Counted from the stretch's first letter, positions 27,487 to 38,174 are shown. The stretch: DNA of 64,000 nucleotides from an uncultured Alphaproteobacteria bacterium (GCA_963838735.1 CAWISG010000004.1:83928-147927), one strand, 5' to 3'. Notes: generated by a model from the sequence alone, not told the origin. Numbers and translations are program-made.

Positions 27487-28815
27487 ATGACCGATGCACC
27501 CATCACCCCCGACACTGCCGAAACCCCGACCCCGCGCCGCAAGGCCAAGCCATCTGTCACAACCATTGCGGGGCGCGAGATGAAGCCCTCGACCTTGATG
27601 ATGGGCCACGGCTTCGACCCGGCCCTGTCCGAAGGATCGCTGAAGGCGCCGATCTTCCTCACCTCGACCTTCGCCTTCGAGAACGCGGCGGCGGGCAAGC
27701 GCCATTTCGAAGGGATCACCGGGCAACGGCCCGGCGGCGCGGAAGGGCTGGTCTATTCCCGCTTCAACGGCCCCAATCAGGAAATTCTCGAGGACCGGTT
27801 GGCAATCTGGGACGGAGCGGAGGATGCGTTGTGCTTTTCGAGCGGCATGACCGCAATCTGCGTGCTGATGCTGGCCTATTGCAATGCGGGAGACGTGATC
27901 GTGCATTCCGGCCCGCTCTATGCCGCGTCCGAAGGGTTCGTGGCCAAGGTGCTGAACCGTTTCGACGTTGGTTATGTCGCCTTTCCCGCCGGTGCCGACC
28001 GCACCGGTCTGGATAACGCATTGGCCGAAGCGCAGGCCGAAGCCACCAAGCGCGGCGGCAAGGTGGCGATGGTCTATCTGGAAAGCCCCGGCAATCCGAC
28101 CAACGCGCTGGTCGATATTGAGGCAGTGCGCGACGCGCGCGACGCTGCGCTCGATCCCGATGCCTGCCCCATCGCCATCGACAACACGTTCCTGGGGCCG
28201 CTGTGGCAGCGCCCGCTGGATAATGGCGCGGACATCGTGTGCTATTCGCTGACCAAATATGTCGGCGGCCATTCGGACCTCGTGGCAGGCTCGGTCGCAG
28301 GCGCGAAGAAGTGGATGGACCCGGTCCGCAGTCTGCGCAACACGATGGGCGGCATTGCCGATCCGAACACGGCGTGGATGCTGTTGCGCAGCCTGGAAAC
28401 CGTCGAACTGCGGATGCAACGCGCGGGCGAGAACGCGGCCAAGGTCTGCGCTTTTCTGCGCGACCATCCCAAGGTGTCGGGCCTTGGCTATCTCGGCATG
28501 ATCGAGGATACCCGGCAGCAGGACATCTACGACCGCCACTGCCTTGGCGCAGGCTCCACCTTCTCCGTCTTTATCGACGGCGGCGAGGCGGAGTGTTTCG
28601 CGTTTCTCGACGCGTTGAAGGTTGCCAAGCTGGCCGTCAGCCTGGGAGGCACCGAGACGCTGGCGAGCCATCCGGCCAGCATGACGCACCTCTCGGTCGC
28701 GCATGGCCGACGGCAGGAACTGGGCATTTCGGACAATCTCGTTCGGATCAGCGTCGGCATCGAGGATGCGGACGACCTCATCGCCGACTTCGCGCAGGCG
28801 CTGGACGCGGTTTGA
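27487..28815 (+). CDS. PLP-dependent Cys/Met-metabolism enzyme (cystathionine gamma-synthase / methionine gamma-lyase family)
   Basis: YSRFNGPNQEILEDRLA, and SLTKYVGGHSDL (PLP-lysine motif S-x-T-K). Start chosen at MTDAPITPD. Confidence 0.85.
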   Translation: MTDAPITPDTAETPTPRRKAKPSVTTIAGREMKPSTLMMGHGFDPALSEGSLKAPIFLTSTFAFENAAAGKRHFEGITGQRPGGAEGLVYSRFNGPNQEILEDRLAIWDGAEDALCFSSGMTAICVLMLAYCNAGDVIVHSGPLYAASEGFVAKVLNRFDVGYVAFPAGADRTGLDNALAEAQAEATKRGGKVAMVYLESPGNPTNALVDIEAVRDARDAALDPDACPIAIDNTFLGPLWQRPLDNGADIVCYSLTKYVGGHSDLVAGSVAGAKKWMDPVRSLRNTMGGIADPNTAWMLLRSLETVELRMQRAGENAAKVCAFLRDHPKVSGLGYLGMIEDTRQQDIYDRHCLGAGSTFSVFIDGGEAECFAFLDALKVAKLAVSLGGTETLASHPASMTHLSVAHGRRQELGISDNLVRISVGIEDADDLIADFAQALDAV

Positions 28816-29567
28816 GCGTTGCGTTGGTCGTAGGCGCGGGCGCGGGTATCGGCGGCCATGTCGCGGCACGGTTTGCGCGGGAGGGCTGCCACGCGGTGCT
28901 GTGCCGCCGTTCGGACGAGGCGGGATTGCAGCGACTGGTAGCGGATATTCGGGCGGATGGCGACATGGCGAGCGGGCATTTGCTCGATGTGACAGACGAG
29001 GGCGCAATCGAAGCTTTGGTCGATACTGTGGAACGTGATATCGGCCCGATCACTACAGCAGTTTACAATATCGGCGCTCAGATCGGGAACCGCCCGCTTG
29101 CCGATACGCCGCTGCGCACGTTCGAGCTGGGTTGGCGGCTGGGCACATTCGGCCTGTTCCGCCTTGCCCACGCGCTATTCCCGCGCATGGTACAGCGCGG
29201 TGGCGGCACGCTGATCGTCACCAGCGCCACGGCGGCGGTTCGTGGCAATGCGGGGCAGCACAGCCATGCCGCCGCAATGGGCGGACGCCGGATGCTTTGC
29301 CAAACTCTCAATGCCGAATTCGCGCCACAGGGCATCCATGTTGCGCATGTGCTGATCGATGGCCCGGTCGATGCACCCGATACGCTGGGCCGGATGCTGG
29401 GCGACGCATTCGAACCCTTCAAACAGGCGAAAGGTGCGGACGGCCTGATCGACCCGGCGGCGGTGGCGGAAACCTACTGGCAGCTCGCGGGGCAGCCGCG
29501 CTCCGCCTGGACTCACGAGATCGACTTGCGCCCGTGGCGCGATACGCCCTGGTGGAACGACACTTAG
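28812..29567 (+). CDS. SDR family oxidoreductase
   Basis: TTG 28812 overlaps the upstream stop (TTGA). VVGAGAGIGGHVA Rossmann motif. Confidence 0.75.
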   Translation: MSVALVVGAGAGIGGHVAARFAREGCHAVLCRRSDEAGLQRLVADIRADGDMASGHLLDVTDEGAIEALVDTVERDIGPITTAVYNIGAQIGNRPLADTPLRTFELGWRLGTFGLFRLAHALFPRMVQRGGGTLIVTSATAAVRGNAGQHSHAAAMGGRRMLCQTLNAEFAPQGIHVAHVLIDGPVDAPDTLGRMLGDAFEPFKQAKGADGLIDPAAVAETYWQLAGQPRSAWTHEIDLRPWRDTPWWNDT

Positions 29568-29644
29568 GCGCGCAAGAGGTTGTCTGCGAACGCCGGTTGA
29601 CCGATGAGCGCGATTGTCGCGTCATGCCGCCCAACCGATAGAAG

Positions 29645-31771
29645 ATGCCCGCAATGAATATCGTCAAAAGCGTCGGTGCCGTCATTTCGCTTGGCGCTTT
29701 TACGGTTGCCCCGGCCCAAGCGCAGGACGCGCAGGCCGCGCAGGACACGCAGCCGCCCCTTCCCACAGAAGCCACCGCCATCGATCCGCAAACCGCGACA
29801 CGGCGCAGTTTCACGCCCGCCGATTTCACGCATTTCGCGCCGCGTACCGCGCTGGACATGGTGCAGCGCATTCCCGGCTTCACCATCGAACAGGGTGGCG
29901 GCGACCGTGGCTTGGGTCAGGCAGACGCCAATGTCCTCATCAATGGCCAGCGCATATCGGGCAAGTCGAACGGCCCGGTGGAGGCGCTGTCACGTATTTC
30001 TGCGGAAAGTGTCGTCCGGCTGGATATCGTCGATGGAGCAAGTCTCGATATTGGCGGGCTGTCGGGACAGGTGCTCAATGTTATCGCCGACAGCAGCGGC
30101 GGCGTGTCGGGCCAGTTCCGCTATTCCCCGCAATTTCGCACCAGCGGAACGTCGTTTCGCTGGGGCGATGCCGAGGTGTCGCTGTCCGGCGGCGGAGAGC
30201 AGGACAGCTGGACGCTTGGCCTGGAAAACAGCCAGAACAAGTTCGGCGATGCCGGCCCGGAATTTGCGTTCGACGGCGCGGATGTTCTGATCGACACGCG
30301 GCAGGAACAGGACCGCCGCATTTTCGACCGGTTCGGCGTGTCCGGCACCTATGCCCGCAACGCCGCCAACGGCAATGTGCTGAACCTCAACGGTCAGGTG
30401 AATGGCTTCATCTTCCGCAGCGTGGAATTGTCCGAACGCACCGGCATCGGGCAGCCCGACCGCACGCGCAGCTTCCGTTCTACCGAAGACGAATTCAATT
30501 TCGAAGTCGGCGCTGATTATGCTTTCGCCACATCAGCGGGGCGACTGAAGCTGATCGGCTATCACCGGTACGAAAACAGCCCGACCACATCGGGCGTGCT
30601 GACGAGCTTCGCCGACGGCAGCGCCGACGCCGGATCGCTCTTCACGCGGCAGGCGAACGAGGCCGAAACCATTGTGCGGTCCGAACTGACCTTCAATGCA
30701 TTGGACGGCGACTGGCAGGCATCGGCGGAAGGCGTGCGCAATTTCCTCGATATCGTGTCGCAGCTGGAACAGCGCGATGCCGCCGGAACGCTGCAACCCG
30801 TCGTGTTCCCCGGCGCAACGGCGCGCGTGGACGAGGACCGGGTCGAAGCGACGCTTACCTATGGCCGCACGCTGGCACCGGAGCTGCGGCTGCAAGTTAC
30901 CGGCGGCGCCGAGTATTCGCAGATCAGCCAGTCGGGCCAATTCGGCAAGACGCGCAGCTTTCTGCGGCCGAAAGGCTCGGTGTCGCTGGACTGGCAGGCA
31001 AGCGAGGAACTGGGCCTGTCGTTCAAGATCGAGCGTAGCGTGGGCCAGCTCGATTTCTTCGATTTCATATCCACGGTGAACGTCAATCAGGGCGAGGTCG
31101 ATGTGACCAATGCCGATCTGGTGCCGCCGCAAAGCTGGTTCTACGAAGTGGAAGCCCGCGAGAATTTGGGCGCTCTGGGGTCGCTGACCATGCGCGGGTT
31201 CTACGAGGCGGTCAGCGATATCGTGGACCAGGTGCCGATTGCAGGGGCCGATGGCATTACCGGTCAGGCCCCCGGCAATATCGATGCGGCGCGGCGCTAT
31301 GGCGTGACGCTGGATGCGACGCTGCTGTCCGAACCACTGGGGTGGAAGGGCGGCCGCGTGAACGTCCTGCTTGAACTGCTGGAAACCGAAGTGGCCGACC
31401 CGCTGCTCGGCACAAAACGGCGCATTTCCAACACTGATTATGTCGAACTTGAGGCAGGCTATCGGCAGGACTTGACCGGCACCGACTGGGCGGCAGGGTT
31501 CGATATCAATTTCGAACGGCAATCGCCCGAAGTGCGGCTGGACCAGATCGGTCTGAGGCGCGAGAGTTTCGCCTTTGCTTCGATCTTCGTCGAAAACAAG
31601 GATATTGCCGGACTGACGCTGCGCGCGCGCATCGCCAATGTGCTGGACCGCAAGAACGACTTCGCGCGCGTGGTGTTCGACGATCGCCGCGCAGGCAGCG
31701 TAGCTTTTCGCGAAGAACGGTTCCGCACCTTCGGCACGATCTTCACGCTGGATATCGAGGGCAGTTTCTAG
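29645..31771 (+). CDS. TonB-dependent receptor
   Basis: Signal peptide ..APAQAQ, plug region ALDMVQRIPGFTIE and VRLDIVDGAS, and the terminal aromatic ending ...TLDIEGSF. Confidence 0.9.
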   Translation: MPAMNIVKSVGAVISLGAFTVAPAQAQDAQAAQDTQPPLPTEATAIDPQTATRRSFTPADFTHFAPRTALDMVQRIPGFTIEQGGGDRGLGQADANVLINGQRISGKSNGPVEALSRISAESVVRLDIVDGASLDIGGLSGQVLNVIADSSGGVSGQFRYSPQFRTSGTSFRWGDAEVSLSGGGEQDSWTLGLENSQNKFGDAGPEFAFDGADVLIDTRQEQDRRIFDRFGVSGTYARNAANGNVLNLNGQVNGFIFRSVELSERTGIGQPDRTRSFRSTEDEFNFEVGADYAFATSAGRLKLIGYHRYENSPTTSGVLTSFADGSADAGSLFTRQANEAETIVRSELTFNALDGDWQASAEGVRNFLDIVSQLEQRDAAGTLQPVVFPGATARVDEDRVEATLTYGRTLAPELRLQVTGGAEYSQISQSGQFGKTRSFLRPKGSVSLDWQASEELGLSFKIERSVGQLDFFDFISTVNVNQGEVDVTNADLVPPQSWFYEVEARENLGALGSLTMRGFYEAVSDIVDQVPIAGADGITGQAPGNIDAARRYGVTLDATLLSEPLGWKGGRVNVLLELLETEVADPLLGTKRRISNTDYVELEAGYRQDLTGTDWAAGFDINFERQSPEVRLDQIGLRRESFAFASIFVENKDIAGLTLRARIANVLDRKNDFARVVFDDRRAGSVAFREERFRTFGTIFTLDIEGSF

Positions 31772-31790
31772 CGCGCGCCCTGTCGCGGCA

Positions 31791-32324
31791 TCAGCCCTTC
31801 CACACGCGCCGATCTTCGGCGGCTTTCAGCACTTCATAGGCCAGCTGGATTTTCTGGAACTCCGCCGCTGCTTCGGCATCACCGGGCTTTACGTCGGGAT
31901 GCACCGCCTTGGCGCGAACGCGGAAGCTGCGCTTGACCTGTTCGAACTCGACGTCCGCTTCCAGGTCGAATACGTCGAGCGCGCGCATCTCGTCCGCCGT
32001 GCGGCTGCCGTCGCCACTCGCGCTCCAGCCATAATGCTGTGCCTCGGCATAGCCAGCGTTTTCGGCCTGCTCCGACTTGGCGCGCGCCGCTTTTTCCGCC
32101 TTGTCGAGCCCTTCGAAATAGTCCCACTTGCGGTTGTATTCCGCCGCATGCGTTTGGCAGAAATACCAGCGATCGGGGCTGTTCGGGGCCTTGGGCGCGG
32201 GGCAATCGCCGGGCTGGTCGCAGCCATGCCGGTCGCATTCGCGCACGGTGACGGTATCGCGCGACGCGCTGTAGCCACGCCAGCGCGGGAAGCCCCAATC
32301 GTTGGATCGACGCGCGCCTACCAC
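31791..32324 (-). CDS. J-domain (DnaJ-like) protein with Cys-rich N-terminal region
   Basis: C-terminal J domain with HPD (SFRVRAKAVHPDVKPGD). GTG start as listed. Confidence 0.8.
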   Translation of the reverse strand: MVGARRSNDWGFPRWRGYSASRDTVTVRECDRHGCDQPGDCPAPKAPNSPDRWYFCQTHAAEYNRKWDYFEGLDKAEKAARAKSEQAENAGYAEAQHYGWSASGDGSRTADEMRALDVFDLEADVEFEQVKRSFRVRAKAVHPDVKPGDAEAAAEFQKIQLAYEVLKAAEDRRVWKG

Positions 32325-32575
32325 GATGAAAACTGCACTGCTGAAAAGGAAGCAAACATGGCCCGAGGTCTACGCGGTTCGGCGCGCGATTGAAAGGCGG
32401 GAACGAAGCGGGCCGTTAAACGCTTGGCAGGCTTATGCTGCGATGCAGCGCAATCATTCCCGCCGAAAGACCGACTATGTCCACGTCCTTGCGTATTTCC
32501 GCTCTGGTCAGTTCCGCTATGATGGCAGGCCTGGCGCTAGTCGCCAGCCTACCATCCATTACCGCGTTCTAGCGG

Positions 32576-33097
32576 CTAGCCAATAACGACCGTTACCGCG
32601 CGTCGGTTGCGGCTCCAGGCATTCTCGTTGGAGCCAAGTGCTTCGGGGCGTTCCTTGCCATAGCTGACGGTGCGGATGCGATTGGCCGCAATGCCCAGGC
32701 TGACAAGGTAGTTCTTGGCCGCATTGGCGCGCCGTTCGCCCAGCGCGAGGTTGTATTCGCGAGTGCCGCGTTCGTCGCAATGGCCTTCGACCGTGACGGA
32801 CAGGCTGGGAAACTGGCTGAGATACTGCGCCTGGGTTTGCAGGGCGGCGGCATCGGCGCTGTCGATATTGTAGCGGTCGGTATCGAACAGGATGACGTTC
32901 TGCCCCTGTACCGCATCGACGAAGTGCTCTTGCGAGCCGGGCTGCGGCACGCCCGCATTCGGATCAAACGGTGTGGTGTTCACAGTGCTGGCGCTTTGCA
33001 CCGGTTCGGGCGGCAGTACGTCGGGTGCTTTGGGCTTGCACGCTCCCAGCGCCAGCGTTCCGGTCAGCAGCGACGCGACAATAAGACGGCTATTCAT
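32576..33097 (-). CDS. pal: peptidoglycan-associated lipoprotein Pal
   Basis: Lipobox LALGAC and OmpA-like domain VTVEGHCDERGTREYNLALGERRANA. Lies downstream of tolB. Confidence 0.95.
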   Translation of the reverse strand: MNSRLIVASLLTGTLALGACKPKAPDVLPPEPVQSASTVNTTPFDPNAGVPQPGSQEHFVDAVQGQNVILFDTDRYNIDSADAAALQTQAQYLSQFPSLSVTVEGHCDERGTREYNLALGERRANAAKNYLVSLGIAANRIRTVSYGKERPEALGSNENAWSRNRRAVTVVIG

Positions 33098-33128
33098 CGG
33101 CTCTCTCCTTGAAAAACAATCGCACACG

Positions 33129-34511
33129 TCACGGCAGGATCGGCCCCCAGCTGGGGTCCGACGCCGCAACCGGCGTGGGCAGGCGGCGTTCGTTGTCGCC
33201 GGTCAGATCGACCTGGTACAGACCGGTATCGCCCGTCCCGCGTTCGGTGCGGAAGAACTGGACGATGCGGCCGTTGGGCGCCCAGGTCGGTGCTTCGTCC
33301 TGCCAGCTATCGGTCAGATGGCGCAGCGATCCACCGCCCGGGCTCATGACCGCGATACGGAAATTGCCTGCGATGTGGGTAAACGCGATCTGGTCCCCGC
33401 GCGGCGACCATTCGGGCGTGGCGGCGCGCCCGCCGAAGAAGGACAGCCGCTTCTGGTTCGATCCGTCGGCGTCCATCACATAGATCTGCTGGCTGCCCGA
33501 ACGGTCGGACTCGAACACGATGCGCGCGCCATCTGGCGAATAGCTGCCGCCGATATCGATGCCCGGCGTATTGGTCAGGCGTGTCGCAGGGCCGCCGCTT
33601 GCGGGCACGCGGTAGATATCTGTATTACCCGCCACTGCCATCGAATACAGGATACTGCGCCCGTCCGGGCTCCAGCGCGGTGCGAAGGTGGGGTTGGTGT
33701 TCTCCGTCACCAGCGTCTGGCGCCCGCTGCCGATATCGTAGATGTAGATGCGCGGATTGCCGTCGACATAGGACAGGTACAAAAGCTTGGAGTAATCGGG
33801 CGAATAGCGCGGCGTCAGCGCGGTCGCGCCGCCGGTGGTCACGAAACGGTGATTGGCCCCGTCGCTGTCCATGATGGCCAGCCGCTTCGTGCGGTTATCC
33901 TTCGGCCCGGTTTCGGCGATGTAAGCGATGCGGCTGTCGAAGAACGGGCTTTCCCCGGTCAGGCGCGAATATATAAGGTCCGCACACTTGTGCGCGGCGC
34001 GGCGCCAGTCGCGTGGTGGCACGATCCAGCCTGCCCGCGCCAGTTCGTCCTGCAAGGCAACATCGTACAGATAACACCCGACCGTCAGCCGACCATCGCC
34101 TCGCGCCTGGACATAGCCATGCACCAGCATCTCGGTGCTGCGCTGGGACCAGCCGCTCCACGCCGGAGCGGTGATTTGCGCGAAGCTGGGGCGCGGCAGG
34201 GCGTCGGGGCCGGTCGGTTCGAACAGGCCGTTATTGCGCAGATCGTTAAAGACCACGCGCGCCAGTTCCGTGCCCAGTGCCGACGTTCCGCTGGCATTGG
34301 CGGGCGTCGATACGTCGCGGTCGGTTGCGAAGGCGGCAATCGCGATTTCGAGATTGCGGTAATCGCTATCGTCGGTGACGCTGCCCGACAGGCCGATGTC
34401 CTCATCCACGGTCTCCACCGCTTCGGTGACGGGCTGCGGCGGAGCAAGATCCTGCGCCTGCGCCGCCATGGGCGCACTCAGCAAAACGGCGAACATCCAG
34501 ATACGCATCAT
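33129..34511 (-). CDS. tolB: Tol-Pal system beta-propeller protein TolB
   Basis: Repeated propeller motifs PRYSPDY, PRWSPDGRS, YSPDGARI, PEWSPRGDQ. Has a signal peptide. Confidence 0.95.
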   Translation of the reverse strand: MMRIWMFAVLLSAPMAAQAQDLAPPQPVTEAVETVDEDIGLSGSVTDDSDYRNLEIAIAAFATDRDVSTPANASGTSALGTELARVVFNDLRNNGLFEPTGPDALPRPSFAQITAPAWSGWSQRSTEMLVHGYVQARGDGRLTVGCYLYDVALQDELARAGWIVPPRDWRRAAHKCADLIYSRLTGESPFFDSRIAYIAETGPKDNRTKRLAIMDSDGANHRFVTTGGATALTPRYSPDYSKLLYLSYVDGNPRIYIYDIGSGRQTLVTENTNPTFAPRWSPDGRSILYSMAVAGNTDIYRVPASGGPATRLTNTPGIDIGGSYSPDGARIVFESDRSGSQQIYVMDADGSNQKRLSFFGGRAATPEWSPRGDQIAFTHIAGNFRIAVMSPGGGSLRHLTDSWQDEAPTWAPNGRIVQFFRTERGTGDTGLYQVDLTGDNERRLPTPVAASDPSWGPILP

Positions 34512-34514
34512 TCG

Positions 34515-35405
34515 TTACAGCCTTCTGTCGAAACGCCAGTCGCGCACGCGCTTCCACTTATCGTAAAACTCTGGCGGCAAATTGAAAGGGGCAGCCAGTT
34601 TAACCGCCGCAATGGCAACCTCGGCATGGCGGTCCGCTTGCGCGCGATTGGCATCCGTAATGCCGGATTGCGTGACGACGCGCGGCGTGCCGCGCAGCGA
34701 GCCGTCCGCGTTCATGTCCCAGGTAAGCACCGTGACCAGCCGCTCCGCTTCAAGCCCCGAAGGTGCCTTGCCGCGCCAGTGCGGCTTGAGCTGGCGGTTG
34801 ATCGCGGAACTCAGCGCCGCCTGCTCGCGCGCACCGAAGGCCGCAGCGGGGGCGCGGGTTTCGCTGCTGGTGGCGGAAGAGCCGATGCCGGCGGTAAAGG
34901 CATCGTCGAGACGGCTGGCACCGCTGCGCGCAGCGGGTGTGGAAGCTTTTGCCGCGGGGGCGCTTCTGGCGCTGGGCTGCGAGCGGGGCTGGTTGCGCGA
35001 CTGGGTGGGCGGCTTGGTGGCCGCCTGGGCGCGGCGGGTAGGTCGCGCGATTGGACGACTTCGCGGCGTCGCCCGTGCTGTCGGACGGGTAACGGGCCGC
35101 GAAGGGGCGACGGTTTCGACGGCACGCGGAGCCGGATCGACTTGCGCGGGTGCAGGCACCAGTGCCGGTGCGGGCGTATCGTTCAGGGTCGGCGCGGCAG
35201 CAGCGCGGCTTTCGGGAACGGGCTGCGGCGCGGCGCTGGTTAGGCCGACCTCCTGCGACAGGCTGACCGTAACGCGTTGTTCGCGCGGCGGCGCAGGCTC
35301 GGCGGTGGCAAATTGCAAAGCAAGCGCTGCTAGCAAGGCCAAATGCAGCACCACGGCCACCGCCAATCCGGCGATCTCTTCTGGGCGAAGGCGTGCGGTG
35401 TCCAT
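34515..35405 (-). CDS. tolA: TolA-like cell envelope integrity protein
   Basis: N-terminal TM anchor, long Ala/Pro/Arg-rich linker and a small C-terminal domain. Sits between tolR and tolB. Confidence 0.7.
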   Translation of the reverse strand: MDTARLRPEEIAGLAVAVVLHLALLAALALQFATAEPAPPREQRVTVSLSQEVGLTSAAPQPVPESRAAAAPTLNDTPAPALVPAPAQVDPAPRAVETVAPSRPVTRPTARATPRSRPIARPTRRAQAATKPPTQSRNQPRSQPSARSAPAAKASTPAARSGASRLDDAFTAGIGSSATSSETRAPAAAFGAREQAALSSAINRQLKPHWRGKAPSGLEAERLVTVLTWDMNADGSLRGTPRVVTQSGITDANRAQADRHAEVAIAAVKLAAPFNLPPEFYDKWKRVRDWRFDRRL

Positions 35406-35415
35406 CGGTCCGGCG

Positions 35416-35922
35416 CTATTCCTCGTCGTCTGAACCGGCGATGGCTACGTCCGGCGCGTCTGCCACGGCGACGGGCGCCGATGCCGCAGCTTGCGTGACC
35501 AGCGCAATGCGGGTGAACCCGGCACGGTTCAACTCGCCCATCACGCCCATCACACGTCCGTAATCGAGCGTGCGGTCGGCGCGCAGCGTCACCGCCGGTC
35601 GCTGTCCGTCGCCACCCGGTCCGATCGCCGCGAGCGCAGCAGGCAAAGCGCCTGCGCCAAGCGGTTCCTCGTCGATATAGATTACGCCATTATTGGCAAT
35701 GCTCAGCGTGACCGGTTCGGTTTCTTCGGGCAGCGCATCGGCGCGGCTATCGGGCAGGTCCACCGGCACACCGGTGGTCAGCAGCGGCGCGGTGACCATG
35801 AAGATAATCAGCAGCACCAACATCACGTCCACGAACGGTGTGACGTTGATCTCCGCCATCGGCGCACGCCGCGCCCCGCGCGTTCGTCGTCCACCGCCGA
35901 CCGTGGCCACGCCCATCGCCAT
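35416..35922 (-). CDS. tolR: TolR (ExbD/TolR family)
   Basis: INVTPFVDVMLVLLIIFMVTAP motif. Confidence 0.9.
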   Translation of the reverse strand: MAMGVATVGGGRRTRGARRAPMAEINVTPFVDVMLVLLIIFMVTAPLLTTGVPVDLPDSRADALPEETEPVTLSIANNGVIYIDEEPLGAGALPAALAAIGPGGDGQRPAVTLRADRTLDYGRVMGVMGELNRAGFTRIALVTQAAASAPVAVADAPDVAIAGSDDEE

Positions 35923-35923
35923 G

Positions 35924-36646
35924 TCACAACCGCTCCAGCTGGCGGCTCAGCGCAGCGTGCAGCCGGTCCGCGAAGCGGTGCAGCCGCGCTTCGTAGGCGT
36001 TCACCGAATGGCTGAACCGGTTATAGGCGATGACGGCGGGAATGGCAGCGAACAGGCCGATGGCGGTGGCGAACAGCGCCTCCGAAATGCCTGGCGCAAC
36101 CACCGCAAGCGAGCTGTTCTGCTGCGCCCCGATCTGGAAGAAGCTGTTCATGATGCCCCACACCGTGCCGAACAGGCCGACAAAAGGCGCAACCGAACCT
36201 ACCGTGGCGAGAAAGGTCAGGCGCGTCGCGAGCCCTTCGGCTTCCTCGGCAACCTGGCTTTCCATCGCCTGCGCCAGCCGTTGCCGCACCCCGTCGCGGT
36301 CGCGGTCGGCGGGCGCGGTCTTGGTGGAACGCCGCCATTCGGCAAACGCCACGCCCGCTACGCGCGCCGACGGGATGTTGTCGCGCGCCTTGTCCCGTGC
36401 CAGCGCTTCGAAATCGTCGCTTTGCCAAAAGGTGTTCTCGAACGCGATACTCTTGGCGCGCACGCGCCGCATCCGCAGGACGAACCCGACGATGATCATC
36501 CAGCTCCAGATGCTGGCGAGGATCAGGCCAACCATCACTGCCTGCACCACGATGTCGGCATCGAGGAACAGTTCCAGCGGATCGAGCCGCGTCGATGGCG
36601 TGGCGGCGATGGGGGCGGCAGCGGCGAGTAAGTCGAAAGCGGTCAT
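35924..36646 (-). CDS. tolQ: TolQ (MotA/TolQ/ExbB proton channel)
   Basis: 240 aa with three TM helices and [20 protein letters not shown]. Confidence 0.95.
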   Translation of the reverse strand: MTAFDLLAAAAPIAATPSTRLDPLELFLDADIVVQAVMVGLILASIWSWMIIVGFVLRMRRVRAKSIAFENTFWQSDDFEALARDKARDNIPSARVAGVAFAEWRRSTKTAPADRDRDGVRQRLAQAMESQVAEEAEGLATRLTFLATVGSVAPFVGLFGTVWGIMNSFFQIGAQQNSSLAVVAPGISEALFATAIGLFAAIPAVIAYNRFSHSVNAYEARLHRFADRLHAALSRQLERL

Positions 36647-37119
36647 CGTGTTCCGGTATCCAGGGCGGGTTCTTCAAGGAAGGTGGCAAAGGCGTCGCAC
36701 CATGCTTCGGGCTGGCGGACCGGGCGGCCATCGGGGGCAACGAAGCCGACGCGAAGGTCTATATCTGCCAGAAGGGTCTCGTCGTCGATCCGCATCGCGC
36801 GCTGCATCATTCGCACGCTGGCAGCGCGCATTTGCGTGCATCGGGTCTCGATCAGAACGTCATCATCCAGCCTTGCCGGGCGGCGATAGCGGATGGCGAG
36901 GTCGGCCACGGCATAGGCACCCGTCCCCGCTTCGATCGCCGCGCGCTGGTCGATCTGCAGGCATCGCAGCAGGTCCGACCGCGCGCGTTCGAACCAGCGC
37001 AGGTAGTTGGCGTGATAGACCACGCCCGACAGGTCCGTATCCTCGTAATAGGCGCGCACGGCGTAGAGGTGGCGGGTGCCATCGATCAGACCGTCAGGGG
37101 TGGTTGGAAGTGCGGACAT
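36643..37119 (-). CDS. ybgC: tol-pal-associated acyl-CoA thioesterase (YbgC/FadM family)
   Basis: Hotdog-fold motif [24 protein letters not shown]. 4-nt overlap with tolQ. Confidence 0.85.
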   Translation of the reverse strand: MSALPTTPDGLIDGTRHLYAVRAYYEDTDLSGVVYHANYLRWFERARSDLLRCLQIDQRAAIEAGTGAYAVADLAIRYRRPARLDDDVLIETRCTQMRAASVRMMQRAMRIDDETLLADIDLRVGFVAPDGRPVRQPEAWCDAFATFLEEPALDTGTR

Positions 37120-37245
37120 TGCGGTTTGTGCATTAGCGACTGCGCTGGCGCCGCGGCAAACGAAAGATACGCTGCACCCGTGTTCCGGCGGTCAGGCCGT
37201 GCCGCACCTGCGGCAAGGCCGTATCCGCGGCCGGTTACTCGGTGC

Positions 37246-37629
37246 CTAGCTGCGGCGCGCCAGCATCGGCCCAAGCGTCTCGCCGCCGAACAGGTGGACA
37301 TGCAGATGCGGCACTTCCTGATGGCCATGCGCGCCGATATTGGCGAGCAGGCGATATCCCGGCTCCACCAGTTTCAGGTCGCGAGCGACAGTGCCGACCG
37401 CGCGCATGAAGCCCACAATTTCCGCTTCGCTGGCGGTGCGTGAAAAGTCGTCGAAACTGACATACCGGCCCTTCGGAATGACCAGCACATGCACCGGTGC
37501 CTGCGGGTTGATGTCTTCGAACGCGAGCGCGTGGTCGTCCTCGTAGACCGTCTTGGCCGGTATTTCGCCGCGCAGGATCTTCGCGAAGATATTGTCATCG
37601 TCATACGGCTCGGTGGCATCGATTGGCAT
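37246..37629 (-). CDS. HIT family (histidine triad) protein
   Basis: HLHVHLFGG triad motif. Confidence 0.9.
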   Translation of the reverse strand: MPIDATEPYDDDNIFAKILRGEIPAKTVYEDDHALAFEDINPQAPVHVLVIPKGRYVSFDDFSRTASEAEIVGFMRAVGTVARDLKLVEPGYRLLANIGAHGHQEVPHLHVHLFGGETLGPMLARRS

Positions 37630-37958
37630 CAGCTTTGCCTCGCAGCTTTTTCATCAAGGCCGGATAGTCCGTCGCGCCGGTCCAGTTCAGCCAGCACATC
37701 GGCCAGCGGCACATCGTTCGCGCGCAGCAGCACCAACAGGTGGAACAGCAGGTCCGCCGCCTCCGAAGTCAGCTCGGCGCGCGAACCGCTTAGCGCAGCG
37801 ACAACCGTTTCGACCGCCTCCTCGCCCAGCTTGCGCGCTGGCAGTGCAGGCGCATCGGCCAGTAGCCTGGCGACGTAGGACGATGCGGCGTCGCCCGTGC
37901 TGCGGTCGGCAATCACCCGTTCAAGGCGGGTCAGAGTTTCGGGTGCGGGTGTATCCAT
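37629..37958 (-). CDS. hisE: phosphoribosyl-ATP pyrophosphatase
   Basis: 109 aa with EAADLLFHLLVLL motif. Sits in the his string. Confidence 0.9.
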   Translation of the reverse strand: MDTPAPETLTRLERVIADRSTGDAASSYVARLLADAPALPARKLGEEAVETVVAALSGSRAELTSEAADLLFHLLVLLRANDVPLADVLAELDRRDGLSGLDEKAARQS

Positions 37959-37991
37959 CGCATATGACCATGCTGGCCGTGATGCGATCGG

Positions 37992-38174
37992 TCAATCGCC
38001 GGAGGGCGGTTCGTCCCGGTCGATGCGCGATTTGGCGAACTGGCGTCCTACCACCAGGCCGAGCAGTCCCAGCCCGAACAGCGCTATATTGCTGGGTTCG
38101 GGGATCGCCGCGCTGTCCTTGGCGGCCAGAGGCGCGGCGGTCAGCAGCAGGACGATAGTGGGAAGGTGGCGCAT
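37992..38174 (-). CDS. minimal PEP-CTERM sorting-domain protein (60 aa)
   Basis: Signal peptide MRHLPTIVLLLTAAPLAA, a 5-aa spacer, then IPEPSNIALFGLGLLGLVVGRQFAKSR (PEP motif + TM + basic cluster). GC-rich third codon positions. Confidence 0.7.
   Translation of the reverse strand: MRHLPTIVLLLTAAPLAAKDSAAIPEPSNIALFGLGLLGLVVGRQFAKSRIDRDEPPSGD

Noticed and set aside
26833-29007. 724-aa minus-strand ORF.
   Set aside because: Most of it is antisense to the well-supported PLP enzyme and SDR genes and has an Arg-rich nonsense composition. Only the last 149 codons (26833-27282) look like a real membrane protein.
32477-32572. 31-codon ORF MSTSLRISALVSSAMMAGLALVASLPSITAF in the dnaJ-like / pal spacer.
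   Set aside because: It has no convincing ribosome-binding site and is too short to judge by composition. It also overlaps a hairpin (about 32530-32555) that may simply be a structural element downstream of pal.
32892-35243. 783-aa plus-strand ORF across pal, tolB and tolA.
   Set aside because: It is antisense to three motif-supported Tol-Pal genes, so it is a GC-driven open frame.
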